Below are positions 35,893 to 46,220 of a stretch of DNA of 64,000 bases, piece after piece. The stretch lies in the IMG/VR virus record IMGVR_UViG_3300044991_001466; one strand, given 5' to 3'. Below the pieces are notes generated by a model. It made no database searches, had not been told where the DNA came from, and saw nothing but the letters and a program-made list of their open reading frames with translations. Source of the DNA: a virus (lineage: Duplodnaviria; Caudoviricetes). Numbering within the stretch: the stretch's first letter is position 1; every line of letters starts with the position of its first letter. Made by a program: the position numbers and the translations under genes.

Positions 35893-37782
35893 TTAATGTG
35901 TAATACCAAAAGAAGGTCCCGCCAACGGATTTGCACCAAATACCGAAACCTTAGAGTTAGTGTCATGTTCTTTAGTATGACCATCTATTATACCTTTTAC
36001 AAAATCGCCAATTTGACTTGGTACACCAAATTTATCACCTGTATCAATACCAGCTCCGTTTAAATTTTCCATTGCATTCATGTATGCTCTGTCGGCACTA
36101 TAACCATCCCTAAGTGCGCTTGTTAAAAGTAATATTGGAGGAATTTGTATTAAGCTTAAACCACCCATCAACGCACCATTAATTGTCGCATTAATTAATG
36201 CATATAATGTTTCACAATTTGTTAAATCAGTTTCTAATAATTTTGTTAACAAAGCAATTAACGAACTTATTATTAGTACATATTTTTTTGATTTGTTTAA
36301 TAAAATTTTAGCAGCAAAAATAGCTAAGAATTCAATTAAATCTTTTTTAACACGAGACCAAAATTCCGCCAAAAATTTCCAAAAAAGTTGGTTAATAATA
36401 TAATCAAAAAGTTTATGTAATTTTTTCATCATAGCTTTAACATCGTTAACCGTATTACCACCTTCAGAAACTAATTGTTTATAAACGATAACAATAGGTA
36501 AAAAATATTTTGGTGATAATACCGTAGCAATTAATGCTTTAGGTAGATTTAATATAAATGAACTTAACAAATTAATATGGAAATTATCCACGGGTATCGT
36601 ATCATTAGTTTGATTGTGAGCATCTGCAGCTGCATTATATAATGTTTTAGAAACAACATCGTTTAAATTTTTATTTGATAGGTAAACAAAATCTTCAAAA
36701 TGGGTAGAACTAATTTGAGTTGTAAAGTCGTTACAATCTCTAAATTTTAAAACTCGATTACGTCTATTTGCCTCGTCATCTAAATCAATTCCTTCAACAT
36801 CATCAAAATCAAAATAAAATTCTGAATCTTGGTCGTTCTCGTTAAATTGAGTTGTAGCGTTTTGTTTTAATCCAGGGTCAGGAGCACCACAATTTGCACA
36901 AATTTTCTTTAGTAATCTTGTTAAATTATCAAGACCAATATTAAATAAAGGTGGTTCACTACCATCGGCATTTATTGTCATTAACACCGCCATTTTGGTA
37001 ACTCCAGACATATCGATGTTTTCAATGTTACTATAGTAGTCATTAAAAAACCCTTGGATTGTTGCTCCTGTAACTGCGTTTGTTGGATTAAGAGTTAATC
37101 CTGAAATATTATATTTTTGATTGTTTTGATCCCAAGAAAAACTAAATAAATCTTCGTTATTTTGTGTTGTAAATTTTTGTGGTGTAAGTCCACCACTAAA
37201 ACTATTGAATAACATTCTATTCATTTGTATAAGACCTGTTCCAGATGATGATGGTTCATAAACTATTTTTCCCGTACTTGAAGTTGGGTCCATAGTTAAA
37301 ACGTTCATAAAATCAAATTCAGTAGGGCTTAATGTAACAGTACTTCCTGTAAATGATTTTTGTGTTCCACAAATACCGTCACCGGCAAATAAGATTTTTT
37401 GAACCCCATCCATTACAATCGTCTTTGAACTTTTTATAGTTTCGTGTGCCGATTCTTGTGTTATTTGTTTTAATCTTTGTTTTGAAAATGCCCTATCCGA
37501 ATAGTCCACTGTGGGATTTTTGGGTGCAGTACCTAAAAACCCTTCAACGGTGTCAATTAGGTCTTGAAATATATCAGTCTGACTTTCTTTTTTTTTAGCC
37601 TTCTTGGGAATTAAATCACTTAAATTTTTTCCATTTAAATTTGGAATTTTTGATGCCAATTTATCTGGAATAGACCCAACAAAAGCTTTACCCGAATCAA
37701 CAGCTTGTTTTGCGTCGTCGTTGATTTTTTTAACGGCATTAATCTTAGATTTAATCTTAGCTTTTTGTTCTTTAATTGACAT
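35893..37782 (-). CDS. Hypothetical protein, probably baseplate/tail associated
   Basis: 629-aa ORF in a late-motif operon with the spike gene. Confidence 0.5.
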   Translation of the reverse strand: MSIKEQKAKIKSKINAVKKINDDAKQAVDSGKAFVGSIPDKLASKIPNLNGKNLSDLIPKKAKKKESQTDIFQDLIDTVEGFLGTAPKNPTVDYSDRAFSKQRLKQITQESAHETIKSSKTIVMDGVQKILFAGDGICGTQKSFTGSTVTLSPTEFDFMNVLTMDPTSSTGKIVYEPSSSGTGLIQMNRMLFNSFSGGLTPQKFTTQNNEDLFSFSWDQNNQKYNISGLTLNPTNAVTGATIQGFFNDYYSNIENIDMSGVTKMAVLMTINADGSEPPLFNIGLDNLTRLLKKICANCGAPDPGLKQNATTQFNENDQDSEFYFDFDDVEGIDLDDEANRRNRVLKFRDCNDFTTQISSTHFEDFVYLSNKNLNDVVSKTLYNAAADAHNQTNDTIPVDNFHINLLSSFILNLPKALIATVLSPKYFLPIVIVYKQLVSEGGNTVNDVKAMMKKLHKLFDYIINQLFWKFLAEFWSRVKKDLIEFLAIFAAKILLNKSKKYVLIISSLIALLTKLLETDLTNCETLYALINATINGALMGGLSLIQIPPILLLTSALRDGYSADRAYMNAMENLNGAGIDTGDKFGVPSQIGDFVKGIIDGHTKEHDTNSKVSVFGANPLAGPSFGITH

Positions 37783-38159
37783 TATAATGAATACTTATCG
37801 GATTTCTTATCTTCGTCAGTGTTAACGAGTCTGTCTAATATTTCTCTATCTTCATCTGATAATGTTAACTTACCCATAGGTCCTCCACCAGAACCACCAC
37901 CTGAAGTTTGTTTAAGTAAAACACTCTGTAATTTAACTAATGAGATTTTCTTCTCTGTACAGTCGTTTAAGATTTTTTGTTGTTCCTTAATAACAGGACC
38001 AATAACACTCATATCTTCAGCATCTTTCATAAAACTCATCATTTTTCTCATGATGGTAGATGCGGTGTTTCTATTTTCTACAACGTCATTATATATCTCC
38101 TGCATCAAAGCCATTGCGGAATCAATATCTAAAGTAATATTGTTTTTTCTTTCTCTCAT
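37782..38159 (-). CDS. Hypothetical helical protein
   Basis: TATTTATT 3 nt upstream; 1-nt overlap with the next gene. Confidence 0.6.
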   Translation of the reverse strand: MRERKNNITLDIDSAMALMQEIYNDVVENRNTASTIMRKMMSFMKDAEDMSVIGPVIKEQQKILNDCTEKKISLVKLQSVLLKQTSGGGSGGGPMGKLTLSDEDREILDRLVNTDEDKKSDKYSL

Positions 38160-38173
38160 AACAATAAATAGAT

Positions 38174-38872
38174 TTATTCTAAAAACCCAACTAAAATACC
38201 ATCATAAATCTTTTTAAAACGTTTCATAGCTATTCTAATCTCTTTAGTTGATAATGAGGTCATTTCTCTTAAAGAGAGTAAAATGAGGTTCTTATTGAAC
38301 TTATTACCGTCACCTACTTGGAAAATTTTATCAAAATTGCTAAATATTTCAAGTAAAGCGTAACCTAATTTTTGTTCGTTTTCGTTTAAATTTTGACTTT
38401 CTACAAATTCTTCTAAATTTGACGCTAGTTTAATTATAATTGATTGATAATCAATAACATGTTCATCAATCACATATGACAAATCGGACCTATCTTCAAT
38501 ATCTGAAGATATGTCATCATAAGATACTTGTCTATTCTGTTCTTTAGTGTCTTTCTGTATTGCACCCATGAGGTAATTTTTACAGATTGTACCAAAATAG
38601 GAATAAGCTTTAGTATTTTTAGTATGGTCAAATTTATTAATTTTTGTAATTAAAAAAGACATGGTATCGGTATGAATTTCATTGAAATCCATATCTTTTC
38701 TATATAATTTATAACGTCTAATGATACTTTCTACCATTATGATTAAGGGTTCTCTTAAATATTCATTGAATATCTTGTTCTTTTCTGTTTCGTCAGTACT
38801 TTCAAGGTAATTGACTACCGCCTTTTCTTGATCCTCACCAAAGTAAATTTTTTGGGTTCTAGGTCTTGGCAT
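38174..38872 (-). CDS. Phage sigma factor for late transcription (T4 gp55-like)
   Basis: Sigma region 2-like MVESIIRRY...KINKFDHTKNTKAYSYFGTICKNYL. Confidence 0.7.
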   Translation of the reverse strand: MPRPRTQKIYFGEDQEKAVVNYLESTDETEKNKIFNEYLREPLIIMVESIIRRYKLYRKDMDFNEIHTDTMSFLITKINKFDHTKNTKAYSYFGTICKNYLMGAIQKDTKEQNRQVSYDDISSDIEDRSDLSYVIDEHVIDYQSIIIKLASNLEEFVESQNLNENEQKLGYALLEIFSNFDKIFQVGDGNKFNKNLILLSLREMTSLSTKEIRIAMKRFKKIYDGILVGFLE

Positions 38873-39651
38873 TAAGTGGTTATATAGTTTACTTCTCGTT
38901 TATTTTTGAAGAAAAATTCTTTTTTTGCGGTGTCTAACCAAAATTTAACTTCATTTTCTTGTAATTTATTTTCTTCATTATTTCTATAATTCCAAAATAA
39001 AGAATCCTCTCTCATATTAACATGTTGATATCCAATACGTGGTACTGTCATAATTCTAACACCATTGTGTGTTAATCTTAATAAAAATTCATAACTAAAT
39101 GATAGTTTAATATTTTCTTTAAGACTACCGTTATCTTTAATAACTTGTGTTCTATATAAACCACCACTTGTTTGATAATTTTGGAATTCTAATAAGACTT
39201 CATTATCTATAAATCCTTGTAATTCAGTAAATCCGTATGCCCAAGCAGACTCGTTTGTGAAATTAACAAAAGTACCCTCTTGGTTTATATCTCTAATGAT
39301 TGGTAAGAATACGTCAACATCAGAATATATGTTTAGATATTCATTCATTGATTTCAACCAAATTGGTCTATACTCATCATCGATTTCAAAAATTGAAAAC
39401 CATTCAGTTTCACATTTTTCAATACCTAAATTTATTTGTGAACAAAAATCTGTATTACCTTTATTTTCAATAAATGTAATTTCTAATTTGTTTGAAAGAT
39501 TTGTAAGTTCTTCTTTAATTTTGGTTGGACAAACAATAGATAATACTACGTCATTATGAAAATCCTCAATAGAGGAAATCGCGTTAGTTAACATTTCTTT
39601 GTAGTCACCATCAATTTTATGGATTGGTAATATAATTGTTATTTTTTTCAT
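38872..39651 (-). CDS. Glycosyltransferase family 2
   Basis: ITIILPIH, INLGI, FSIFEIDDEY (DxD-like). Confidence 0.75.
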   Translation of the reverse strand: MKKITIILPIHKIDGDYKEMLTNAISSIEDFHNDVVLSIVCPTKIKEELTNLSNKLEITFIENKGNTDFCSQINLGIEKCETEWFSIFEIDDEYRPIWLKSMNEYLNIYSDVDVFLPIIRDINQEGTFVNFTNESAWAYGFTELQGFIDNEVLLEFQNYQTSGGLYRTQVIKDNGSLKENIKLSFSYEFLLRLTHNGVRIMTVPRIGYQHVNMREDSLFWNYRNNEENKLQENEVKFWLDTAKKEFFFKNKREVNYITT

Positions 39652-40715
39652 ACAGTTTCTTCTTGTTTTAATTTTTCTAATGCAGTTTCGATTGACTCCA
39701 CTCTTTTATTTTTTAAAGAATTAAAAATTGATTTAATACTTGTTTTAGTTATTGATGTGTCATAAGGTAATAATGTTTCTTTCATTTTTTCTTTAACTTC
39801 TTCAGTTAATTCAACACCATCAATCCAAGCCAAAATATATGACCCCAAAACATCTACAATTTTATTACTATCGTAAGTCCACATTCCATTTTCACTTAAC
39901 CAAGATGGTTCTAAATTTGGAATTTTACCAACAACAGGTACACCACATTTCATAGATTCTAATGGGAAGGTACCAAAGGTAGATTCATCATCAATCCACA
40001 ATGAAACCATGCATTCTTTTAAATTCATTGCAAATTCATCATATGTCATTTGAACCATATCTCTAAATGTAATCCATCTAAGTTGTGGGAATTTTATGTA
40101 AAATTCTGAAATTAACTTTCTATGTTTTGATCTATCTCGACAACTAATAGCCACATATGGTTTTAATGGTAATTCAATAGGTGAAAATTGGTCACCAATA
40201 ATTGGTGGAATAACATGAACTAAACTCTCAGGGAAATATTCCATGATATATTGTTTAGTTTCTTCTGTTGTTGTGATTACTTTATCAAAACCAAAATCAC
40301 TAAATCTACTACCGATTGGTAATGTTTCAAACATGTAATCTTTTTCTTGAATTAACATCACTTTTACACATTTGATGTTTGATAATTGTTGTAACGCATT
40401 TCCATAATATTCAGGAACAACAACAATGTCATCTATTTTTAATTCAACTTTATCATCTTTAATACTTACGATATCTAAAGATGAGTATGTCTCACCTAAC
40501 CAAGATTTAACACCAACATATGATTTATCTTCAACTAAAATTTTAGCTTCAATACCATCTTCTTTTAATGTTAGTGCCAAATCGTAAATATATTTTACGG
40601 ATGCCCTTGCGTTATTTTTAGAGTCGTATGTTAAAAAATATACAATACTCTCTTTTGTTTTTAATCTACCTAAAGCAGATTCTAATTTTTCTATGTTTTC
40701 GTTTTTATTACTCAT
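39648..40715 (-). CDS. Glycosyltransferase (GT-B fold, GT4-like)
   Basis: VVVPE and ESTFGTFPLESMKCGVPVVG (E.FG...LE.M.CG.PV). Confidence 0.75.
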   Translation of the reverse strand: MSNKNENIEKLESALGRLKTKESIVYFLTYDSKNNARASVKYIYDLALTLKEDGIEAKILVEDKSYVGVKSWLGETYSSLDIVSIKDDKVELKIDDIVVVPEYYGNALQQLSNIKCVKVMLIQEKDYMFETLPIGSRFSDFGFDKVITTTEETKQYIMEYFPESLVHVIPPIIGDQFSPIELPLKPYVAISCRDRSKHRKLISEFYIKFPQLRWITFRDMVQMTYDEFAMNLKECMVSLWIDDESTFGTFPLESMKCGVPVVGKIPNLEPSWLSENGMWTYDSNKIVDVLGSYILAWIDGVELTEEVKEKMKETLLPYDTSITKTSIKSIFNSLKNKRVESIETALEKLKQEETV

Positions 40716-41010
40716 CGTCTTCGATTAATATTTGGTTTTTTATTAAAGTGTTAAATGCAATTTTAAATGATACTGACGTTCCTTCTTGTCCAAATTTTCC
40801 GAGACCTTCGTCTACTTCATCAATTTCACCTAATATTCTTTCTAAACACATTTTTATTAGTTCATACTTAAAAATGTTGATGTGAGTTGATTCATCTTCT
40901 TCTTCAACAACAACAACACTGTTTTTTTTACTTACTGGTGGTTCGGTTCTACATTTATCTGTGATTCCGTCGATATTAATGTAGTAGTTTTTTCCAAAGA
41001 GTTCAACCAT
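40708..41010 (-). CDS. Hypothetical protein
   Basis: Overlaps neighbours in the operon. Confidence 0.55.
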   Translation of the reverse strand: MVELFGKNYYINIDGITDKCRTEPPVSKKNSVVVVEEEDESTHINIFKYELIKMCLERILGEIDEVDEGLGKFGQEGTSVSFKIAFNTLIKNQILIEDDE

Positions 41011-41582
41011 AATTCTTGTATTTCAGTTAATTTAGATATTTCTTTTTTATTTGTAAAGTGTTGATTATAAATTGTATTGAATTTGATTACCTCTTTATCT
41101 TCAGGACATAAATCCAAAATATTTTTATTATCGGTAATCCAAACATCACATTTACTCCAATTATTTTTAATTTCATCACTTTTAATGAATTGAATGTTAT
41201 TACCTAAAAATCCATTTTTAGATAAAAAGAATAATGTCGCAGGTTTAGCTTTACCCAATTCATCTAATCCAATCAATGTAAAATTATGATTTGGGTTTTC
41301 GTAAATTATTTTATGTAAATCACTAAATGTTGTTGAATAACTTAATCCTGCATGACCAAAAATTTCAATCGGATATTCTATAAAAAGAAAATAATCCGAT
41401 TCTTCTTTAGATTCAAATTTATATGAGTTTAATAAGTTATCATTCTGAATTGGTTCAATTACCCCATATTCAAAATTACTTTCTAACTTAACATCATCTG
41501 CTAAGTAAGCGTCATTATAGTGATAGTCAAATTTTTGTATTGTGTTTCTTATTACTCCGTCTATACTAATGAATATTTCCAT
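40932..41582 (-). CDS. HAD-like 5'(3')-nucleotidase-like protein with degenerate motif I
   Basis: Start refined to MEIFISIDGVIRN; WITD near the C-terminus; the first catalytic Asp is replaced by Ser. Confidence 0.45.
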   Translation of the reverse strand: MEIFISIDGVIRNTIQKFDYHYNDAYLADDVKLESNFEYGVIEPIQNDNLLNSYKFESKEESDYFLFIEYPIEIFGHAGLSYSTTFSDLHKIIYENPNHNFTLIGLDELGKAKPATLFFLSKNGFLGNNIQFIKSDEIKNNWSKCDVWITDNKNILDLCPEDKEVIKFNTIYNQHFTNKKEISKLTEIQELWLNSLEKTTTLISTESQINVEPNHQ

Positions 41583-41618
41583 AGTAGAAATATACAAGTA
41601 AAAAATACATAAGTAAAC

Positions 41619-41658
41619 AATAAACCCACACCATTATGTTAAACGATGTGGGTTTATT
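41619..41658. terminator. Long inverted repeat, probable terminator downstream of phoH
   Basis: aataaacccaca ... tgtgggtttatt (12-bp arms). Confidence 0.6.
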
Positions 41659-41678
41659 AATTGAAATTAACTTTATTG

Positions 41679-42410
41679 TTAATCGTATCTATTTAAAATT
41701 TCACCAATAATTGGATTTCGTACAATGTCTTGCATTCCAAATTCAAAAATTCCAATTCCTTTAACATCTTGTAATCTCATTTTAGCATCGTAAAGACCTG
41801 ATTTTGTTTTATCACGATATTTGTCTGATTGTTCAAGGTCTCCTGAAATGAAGAATTTTGAATTGTATCCTATACGAGTTAATAATAATTTAATCTGTGA
41901 TGGCGTAGCATTTTGTGCTTCTTCAAAAACAAGGATTGTATTATCTACGTTCCAACCTCTCATGTAAGCGAGAGCGGCAACTTCAATATATCCTTGGTCT
42001 TTTAGTTCTTCTCTCGCTTCTTTACCGATAATCTTATTTAAAAGATAATATGATGGATAAATGTATGGGTCTAATTTCTCTTCTAAACCACCTGGAAGTG
42101 ACCCTAATTTCTCTTCAGCTTCAACTGCTGGTCTAACTATGATTATCTTCTCATACTTGTTAGAATCGTCATATAATAGGTCTATTGCACGTTTCATTGC
42201 TATGTAAGACTTACCTACACCTGCGGGACCGAAACATAATGTTATTTGATTTTCTCCAAGAATGTTCCAATAGGTTTCTTGGTTTTTGGTTAGGAACTTT
42301 TCTTTAGGACGTTTGATGATTTGTCTTATCCTATCTTTATGAGATATTTTTTTCTCTTCTATTAATACGGGTGGTTGGTTGGTGGTTTTAGTTCTTGTTT
42401 TATAAGCCAA
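41679..42410 (-). CDS. phoH: PhoH-family ATPase
   Basis: GPAGVGKSY, RPAVEAEEKLGSLPG, LAYMRG, EEAQN, LLTRIG, GDLEQSD, IVRNP. Confidence 0.93.
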   Translation of the reverse strand: MAYKTRTKTTNQPPVLIEEKKISHKDRIRQIIKRPKEKFLTKNQETYWNILGENQITLCFGPAGVGKSYIAMKRAIDLLYDDSNKYEKIIIVRPAVEAEEKLGSLPGGLEEKLDPYIYPSYYLLNKIIGKEAREELKDQGYIEVAALAYMRGWNVDNTILVFEEAQNATPSQIKLLLTRIGYNSKFFISGDLEQSDKYRDKTKSGLYDAKMRLQDVKGIGIFEFGMQDIVRNPIIGEILNRYD

Positions 42411-42453
42411 AGTGGATAGTTTTAAAAATTCTGTTTATTGTTAATAAATATCA

Positions 42454-43083
42454 TCACTTTCCTGTTGAGCCGAACCCACCCGTACCTCTATCTGAATCAG
42501 ATAATTCAGGAACCTCAGTCATATATATGGTAGGATAAGGTAATATGATGATTTGAGCACCTCTTTCACCAACTTTATATTTAATTGAATCCAACCCTTG
42601 GGTTTTCTTAAATGTTGCTTGTAATTCACCTCTGTAACCACTATCAATAACACCAACACAATTTGATAATATTAAATCTTGATTACGTACTGAAGAACGA
42701 GGAAATATTAACCCAACAAATCCTTTCGGAATTTCCATTGCAATACCAAAACCATAAGAAACACTAAATGATGTATTTTCAATTTCTCTTGTTATTGTTA
42801 AATCCATACCAGCATCACCAACTTTAGAATATGATGGGATTACCGCATTTGAATCTAATTTTTTAACCTTAACTAAAGTACCACCACCCGTCATTGTTGG
42901 TTGAGTGTTAATTATGCTTTGTCCCATGGGTTGTGTTGGTCCTGTTGGCATTTCTTTATGAAGTGAACTCAATACATTATCAATTTCATTCATAAAATTA
43001 ACATCAACATTTCCTTCAGAACCTAATGTTTCTTCAATATCTTTTAATTTTTTAAGATATTCTTCAATAGCGTTTTTATCCAT
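42454..43083 (-). CDS. dut: dUTPase (trimeric)
   Basis: GDAGMDL, PRSS, GVIDSGYRGEL, AQIII and RGTGGFGSTG motifs. Confidence 0.93.
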   Translation of the reverse strand: MDKNAIEEYLKKLKDIEETLGSEGNVDVNFMNEIDNVLSSLHKEMPTGPTQPMGQSIINTQPTMTGGGTLVKVKKLDSNAVIPSYSKVGDAGMDLTITREIENTSFSVSYGFGIAMEIPKGFVGLIFPRSSVRNQDLILSNCVGVIDSGYRGELQATFKKTQGLDSIKYKVGERGAQIIILPYPTIYMTEVPELSDSDRGTGGFGSTGK

Positions 43084-43297
43084 TTTTTTCTTTTTTATCT
43101 AAAATCCATTTATCTAACTTCTTAACTCGTTCTTTTAAGTCATTATCTTGTGGTCTTAAACAACACTCAACAAAAACATCGGTTACTCGTTGTAATTCCT
43201 CAAATGTAACTTGAACACCAACTGTACTGAGGTATTCTAAAGCCATTTTACTTTGCGATTGACGCATTATCTGTATATCTCTGCCGTAAAAATCCAT
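43076..43297 (-). CDS. Hypothetical protein
   Basis: Small ORF in the operon. Confidence 0.55.
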   Translation of the reverse strand: MDFYGRDIQIMRQSQSKMALEYLSTVGVQVTFEELQRVTDVFVECCLRPQDNDLKERVKKLDKWILDKKEKNG

Positions 43298-43318
43298 AGT
43301 TCAGTTGGTGTTGTTAAA

Positions 43319-43555
43319 TTACTTTGTTTTGTAATATTCAGGTGTGTTCTTGTCATCAATAATACAATCGATTTTTAATTTCTTAACATCGATAATTTGA
43401 CTTGAACGAATATCGCCCGCTAAAAATTTTGAAGCGGTGATGTTTGCCTCAGCATTTGATTCTGCTTGAACGATAATGTTTGATTTTGTTAAACGTGGGT
43501 TACCCTCTCTGTCTAATTGTTCGGATTCATATCCTACTGTTACTGTGTAATGCAT
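43319..43555 (-). CDS. DUF4494-like protein
   Basis: YTVTVGYE...EGNPRLTKSNIIVQAESNAEA resembles this Bacteroidota-associated family. Confidence 0.5.
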   Translation of the reverse strand: MHYTVTVGYESEQLDREGNPRLTKSNIIVQAESNAEANITASKFLAGDIRSSQIIDVKKLKIDCIIDDKNTPEYYKTK

Positions 43556-43567
43556 AATTGTTTTTTT

Positions 43568-44794
43568 TTATTTATTTATAATTGATTTGAAAAATTCTAC
43601 TCTATCTTGACAAACTTTTTTAAGTGAATATTTGTCTTTTACTGTTTCATATAAACGTTCACCTAAATCTTCAATCATATTTGGGTTTTCAATTAAACGT
43701 TTCATGTTCTTCGCCCAATCTTTATGATTTCTTTTTGGATTAACCAATAGTGAGTTCCCGTTTTTATTGAAAACACCGTTATCAACCGCTGAAATTAAGT
43801 CTATTGTATATGGGTCAGTCTCACTTGCAATTATTGCCTTTTTATGAAATCCTGCCTCAATAACTTTTAGTTGTGATTTATTTCCATTAAATAACGATTC
43901 AACAAGTGGAGCTAAAGATACATCAAATGTATTATAGTTAGTCGCATAACTATTAATTTCTTTTGTCCACCTTCTTCTATATGGTTCATTAACATCATCA
44001 TAAGGTGTGTCTGTAAATGAATTTAAATATGTTTTATATTCATCGTTCAACACACTATAGTTGTCTGTGAAAATTTTCTCATACTTATACCAAACGGTTT
44101 CGTTAGGTTTTATTGGTCTATTTCTTTGTTGATTTGTTTGACTATCAATTTCAGTCACAGTACCTCGTAAATCAAATCCACATAATACAAATTGAATCTT
44201 ATCCTTATACAAATTAAATGTTGTTGAAATTCCTTGAGCCATTAAATCAATGTCGTGTAAATGTGAAGAACCACCTAACCAACCAAATCTAATTTTATCT
44301 GATTTAGTTTTATTGATTTTATATTGAGGTTCTTCTTCATTAACTGCGTTTGGAAAAACCTCAACATTTTTTACTTTTAATCTATCTTTAATTGTATTTG
44401 CAAAAATTGGTGTTGTGGTTGTAACATAATCAACTAATTTTAACATTTCAATTTTCATTTCACCAATTTTAGATGCTTTAACTTGGTGATACATTGGGTG
44501 TCTTTGATCAACAAACCATAAATCATCAATATCCATGATAACTTTAATTCCTTTTGATTTTAACCAATTAATTCTTTTAATATTATCATCGTGATTTGTT
44601 TGATGAATAAATGTATGAAAAACAACGATATCGTAGTTTAAGAAAAATTCATCATTATTATCTGCATTATATGATATATCGACATGTACATCATTTGAAT
44701 GATTATCACCAATATATTTATAGGGGTCCATAACCCTGAATTTACCAACACCGTGTTTGTCCGATGGGATTGCTAAGATTTTAATTTTTGACAT
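43568..44794 (-). CDS. Glycosyltransferase (GT-B fold)
   Basis: DIDDLW, GWLGGSSHLHD, DVSLAPL..FN.NKSQLKVIEAG. Confidence 0.8.
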   Translation of the reverse strand: MSKIKILAIPSDKHGVGKFRVMDPYKYIGDNHSNDVHVDISYNADNNDEFFLNYDIVVFHTFIHQTNHDDNIKRINWLKSKGIKVIMDIDDLWFVDQRHPMYHQVKASKIGEMKIEMLKLVDYVTTTTPIFANTIKDRLKVKNVEVFPNAVNEEEPQYKINKTKSDKIRFGWLGGSSHLHDIDLMAQGISTTFNLYKDKIQFVLCGFDLRGTVTEIDSQTNQQRNRPIKPNETVWYKYEKIFTDNYSVLNDEYKTYLNSFTDTPYDDVNEPYRRRWTKEINSYATNYNTFDVSLAPLVESLFNGNKSQLKVIEAGFHKKAIIASETDPYTIDLISAVDNGVFNKNGNSLLVNPKRNHKDWAKNMKRLIENPNMIEDLGERLYETVKDKYSLKKVCQDRVEFFKSIINK

Positions 44795-44831
44795 ATAATA
44801 AAATATATCAAAAATTATTGAAAAAACAAAA

Positions 44832-45416
44832 TTACTTTGCTTTATTTACTCCGGTAATTTTACCTTTGAATATGGAGTCACCTACTTTTAATACTAAATT
44901 TTCATTTATAGATGATGTTGTGGATGCTGTGAGTATTTGATTTAATTTTTCATCCATTACTTTACGAATGGTATTTTCAATTAAAATTGAAATTGCATTC
45001 ATATCAATATTAGATGTTTGTTGTGAATTGTTTTGTTTTGATTGAGGTTGTTTTTTACCTAAACCCTCTTGTTCCATTAAACGTTTAGCCCCTTTAACAA
45101 AATCCATATCTAAAGTATCGTTTAATGATATTTGGTCCATTTGTTGAATTGGATTTTCAATCATCGCCCTTTTAATTGCTTCAGGTAATTTAGATTGATT
45201 AATTTTATCAACCGACGGTACACCCATAGGTCTTGTTGGTTGTTTTGTAGGTTGATATTCTTCATTGTTTACAACATCTTCCGGTGCTGACCTTAGTAAA
45301 CTTTCATCCACATTACCTCTTTCGTAATTTCCTGAATCAACTTTGTTCATAACCTTTTTAGCTTGAACTAACTTATGCATTAAATCGTTTTGTGATATTG
45401 AACCTTGTTGTGACAT
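44832..45416 (-). CDS. Hypothetical protein
   Basis: Clean ORF, Gln-rich middle. Confidence 0.55.
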   Translation of the reverse strand: MSQQGSISQNDLMHKLVQAKKVMNKVDSGNYERGNVDESLLRSAPEDVVNNEEYQPTKQPTRPMGVPSVDKINQSKLPEAIKRAMIENPIQQMDQISLNDTLDMDFVKGAKRLMEQEGLGKKQPQSKQNNSQQTSNIDMNAISILIENTIRKVMDEKLNQILTASTTSSINENLVLKVGDSIFKGKITGVNKAK

Positions 45417-45452
45417 AATATTAAATATTTTCTATTTTAATTATAAACTATT

Positions 45453-46220
45453 TTATGAAAACATTAAATGTTTTATTTTCCTAATACTTTCATTTAATAA
45501 TTCATCTTCATCTTTTTCTTCTGGATTTTGTATTGGTGGTTCAGATTGTTTTGGTTGTGGTAATTCGTCTGGTTGTTTTGGTTCTTCCGGCTGTGGTTCC
45601 GGTTGTGGTTCCAGTTGTGGTTCCAGTTGTGGTTCCGGTTTAGGAACCTCAGGTGTTTTACTTGGTTTACTTTGTGGTGTAGGTTGAGGTAATTCTTCTG
45701 GTTTTTTAGGTTCAACAGGTGTTGGTTCCGTTGGTTTAACAATCGGTTCAACTTTAGTTGGTTTTCCTTTAATTAGAGTTGGTTTTTCAATCGGTTTAGT
45801 TTTAGGTGTTTTTGTCCAATCAGAGGTTACATACGTAACACTCATAGAACGATCATCACCTTCCTTATATTGTGGTCTTTTAGTGTCAAAAGTTTCATCA
45901 CTCATTACCTGAACACTTTTCATTCTACCAACCATGAAAGTTCTCCAACCATGTTCACTAAAACCTTTTTTTGATACTGATGGTGGTTGAACCCAAGCTC
46001 TTAATATTAAATAACCCTTTTTACTTAAACCTAACGCAACCGCCTCAGCTTTAACTCTATTACCAGCCCTAACACTATCTTTCTTAGGTTTTCTTGGACC
46101 TGAATAATAGAAAGATATTGGATATCTATTTTTAATAGCATCCACAATCGGTTTTGTTTTTGTGGTCTTTAGGATATTTTCTTCCTCAAGTATTAAAAAG
46201 AATAATTTATTAAAGTTCAT
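45453..46220 (-). CDS. WYL-like domain protein with Pro/Glu-rich tail
   Basis: ISFYYSG...R..EAVALG..KKG..LRAW...GWRTFMVGRM pattern; (PQLE)(PQPE) repeats. Confidence 0.6.
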   Translation of the reverse strand: MNFNKLFFLILEEENILKTTKTKPIVDAIKNRYPISFYYSGPRKPKKDSVRAGNRVKAEAVALGLSKKGYLILRAWVQPPSVSKKGFSEHGWRTFMVGRMKSVQVMSDETFDTKRPQYKEGDDRSMSVTYVTSDWTKTPKTKPIEKPTLIKGKPTKVEPIVKPTEPTPVEPKKPEELPQPTPQSKPSKTPEVPKPEPQLEPQLEPQPEPQPEEPKQPDELPQPKQSEPPIQNPEEKDEDELLNESIRKIKHLMFS

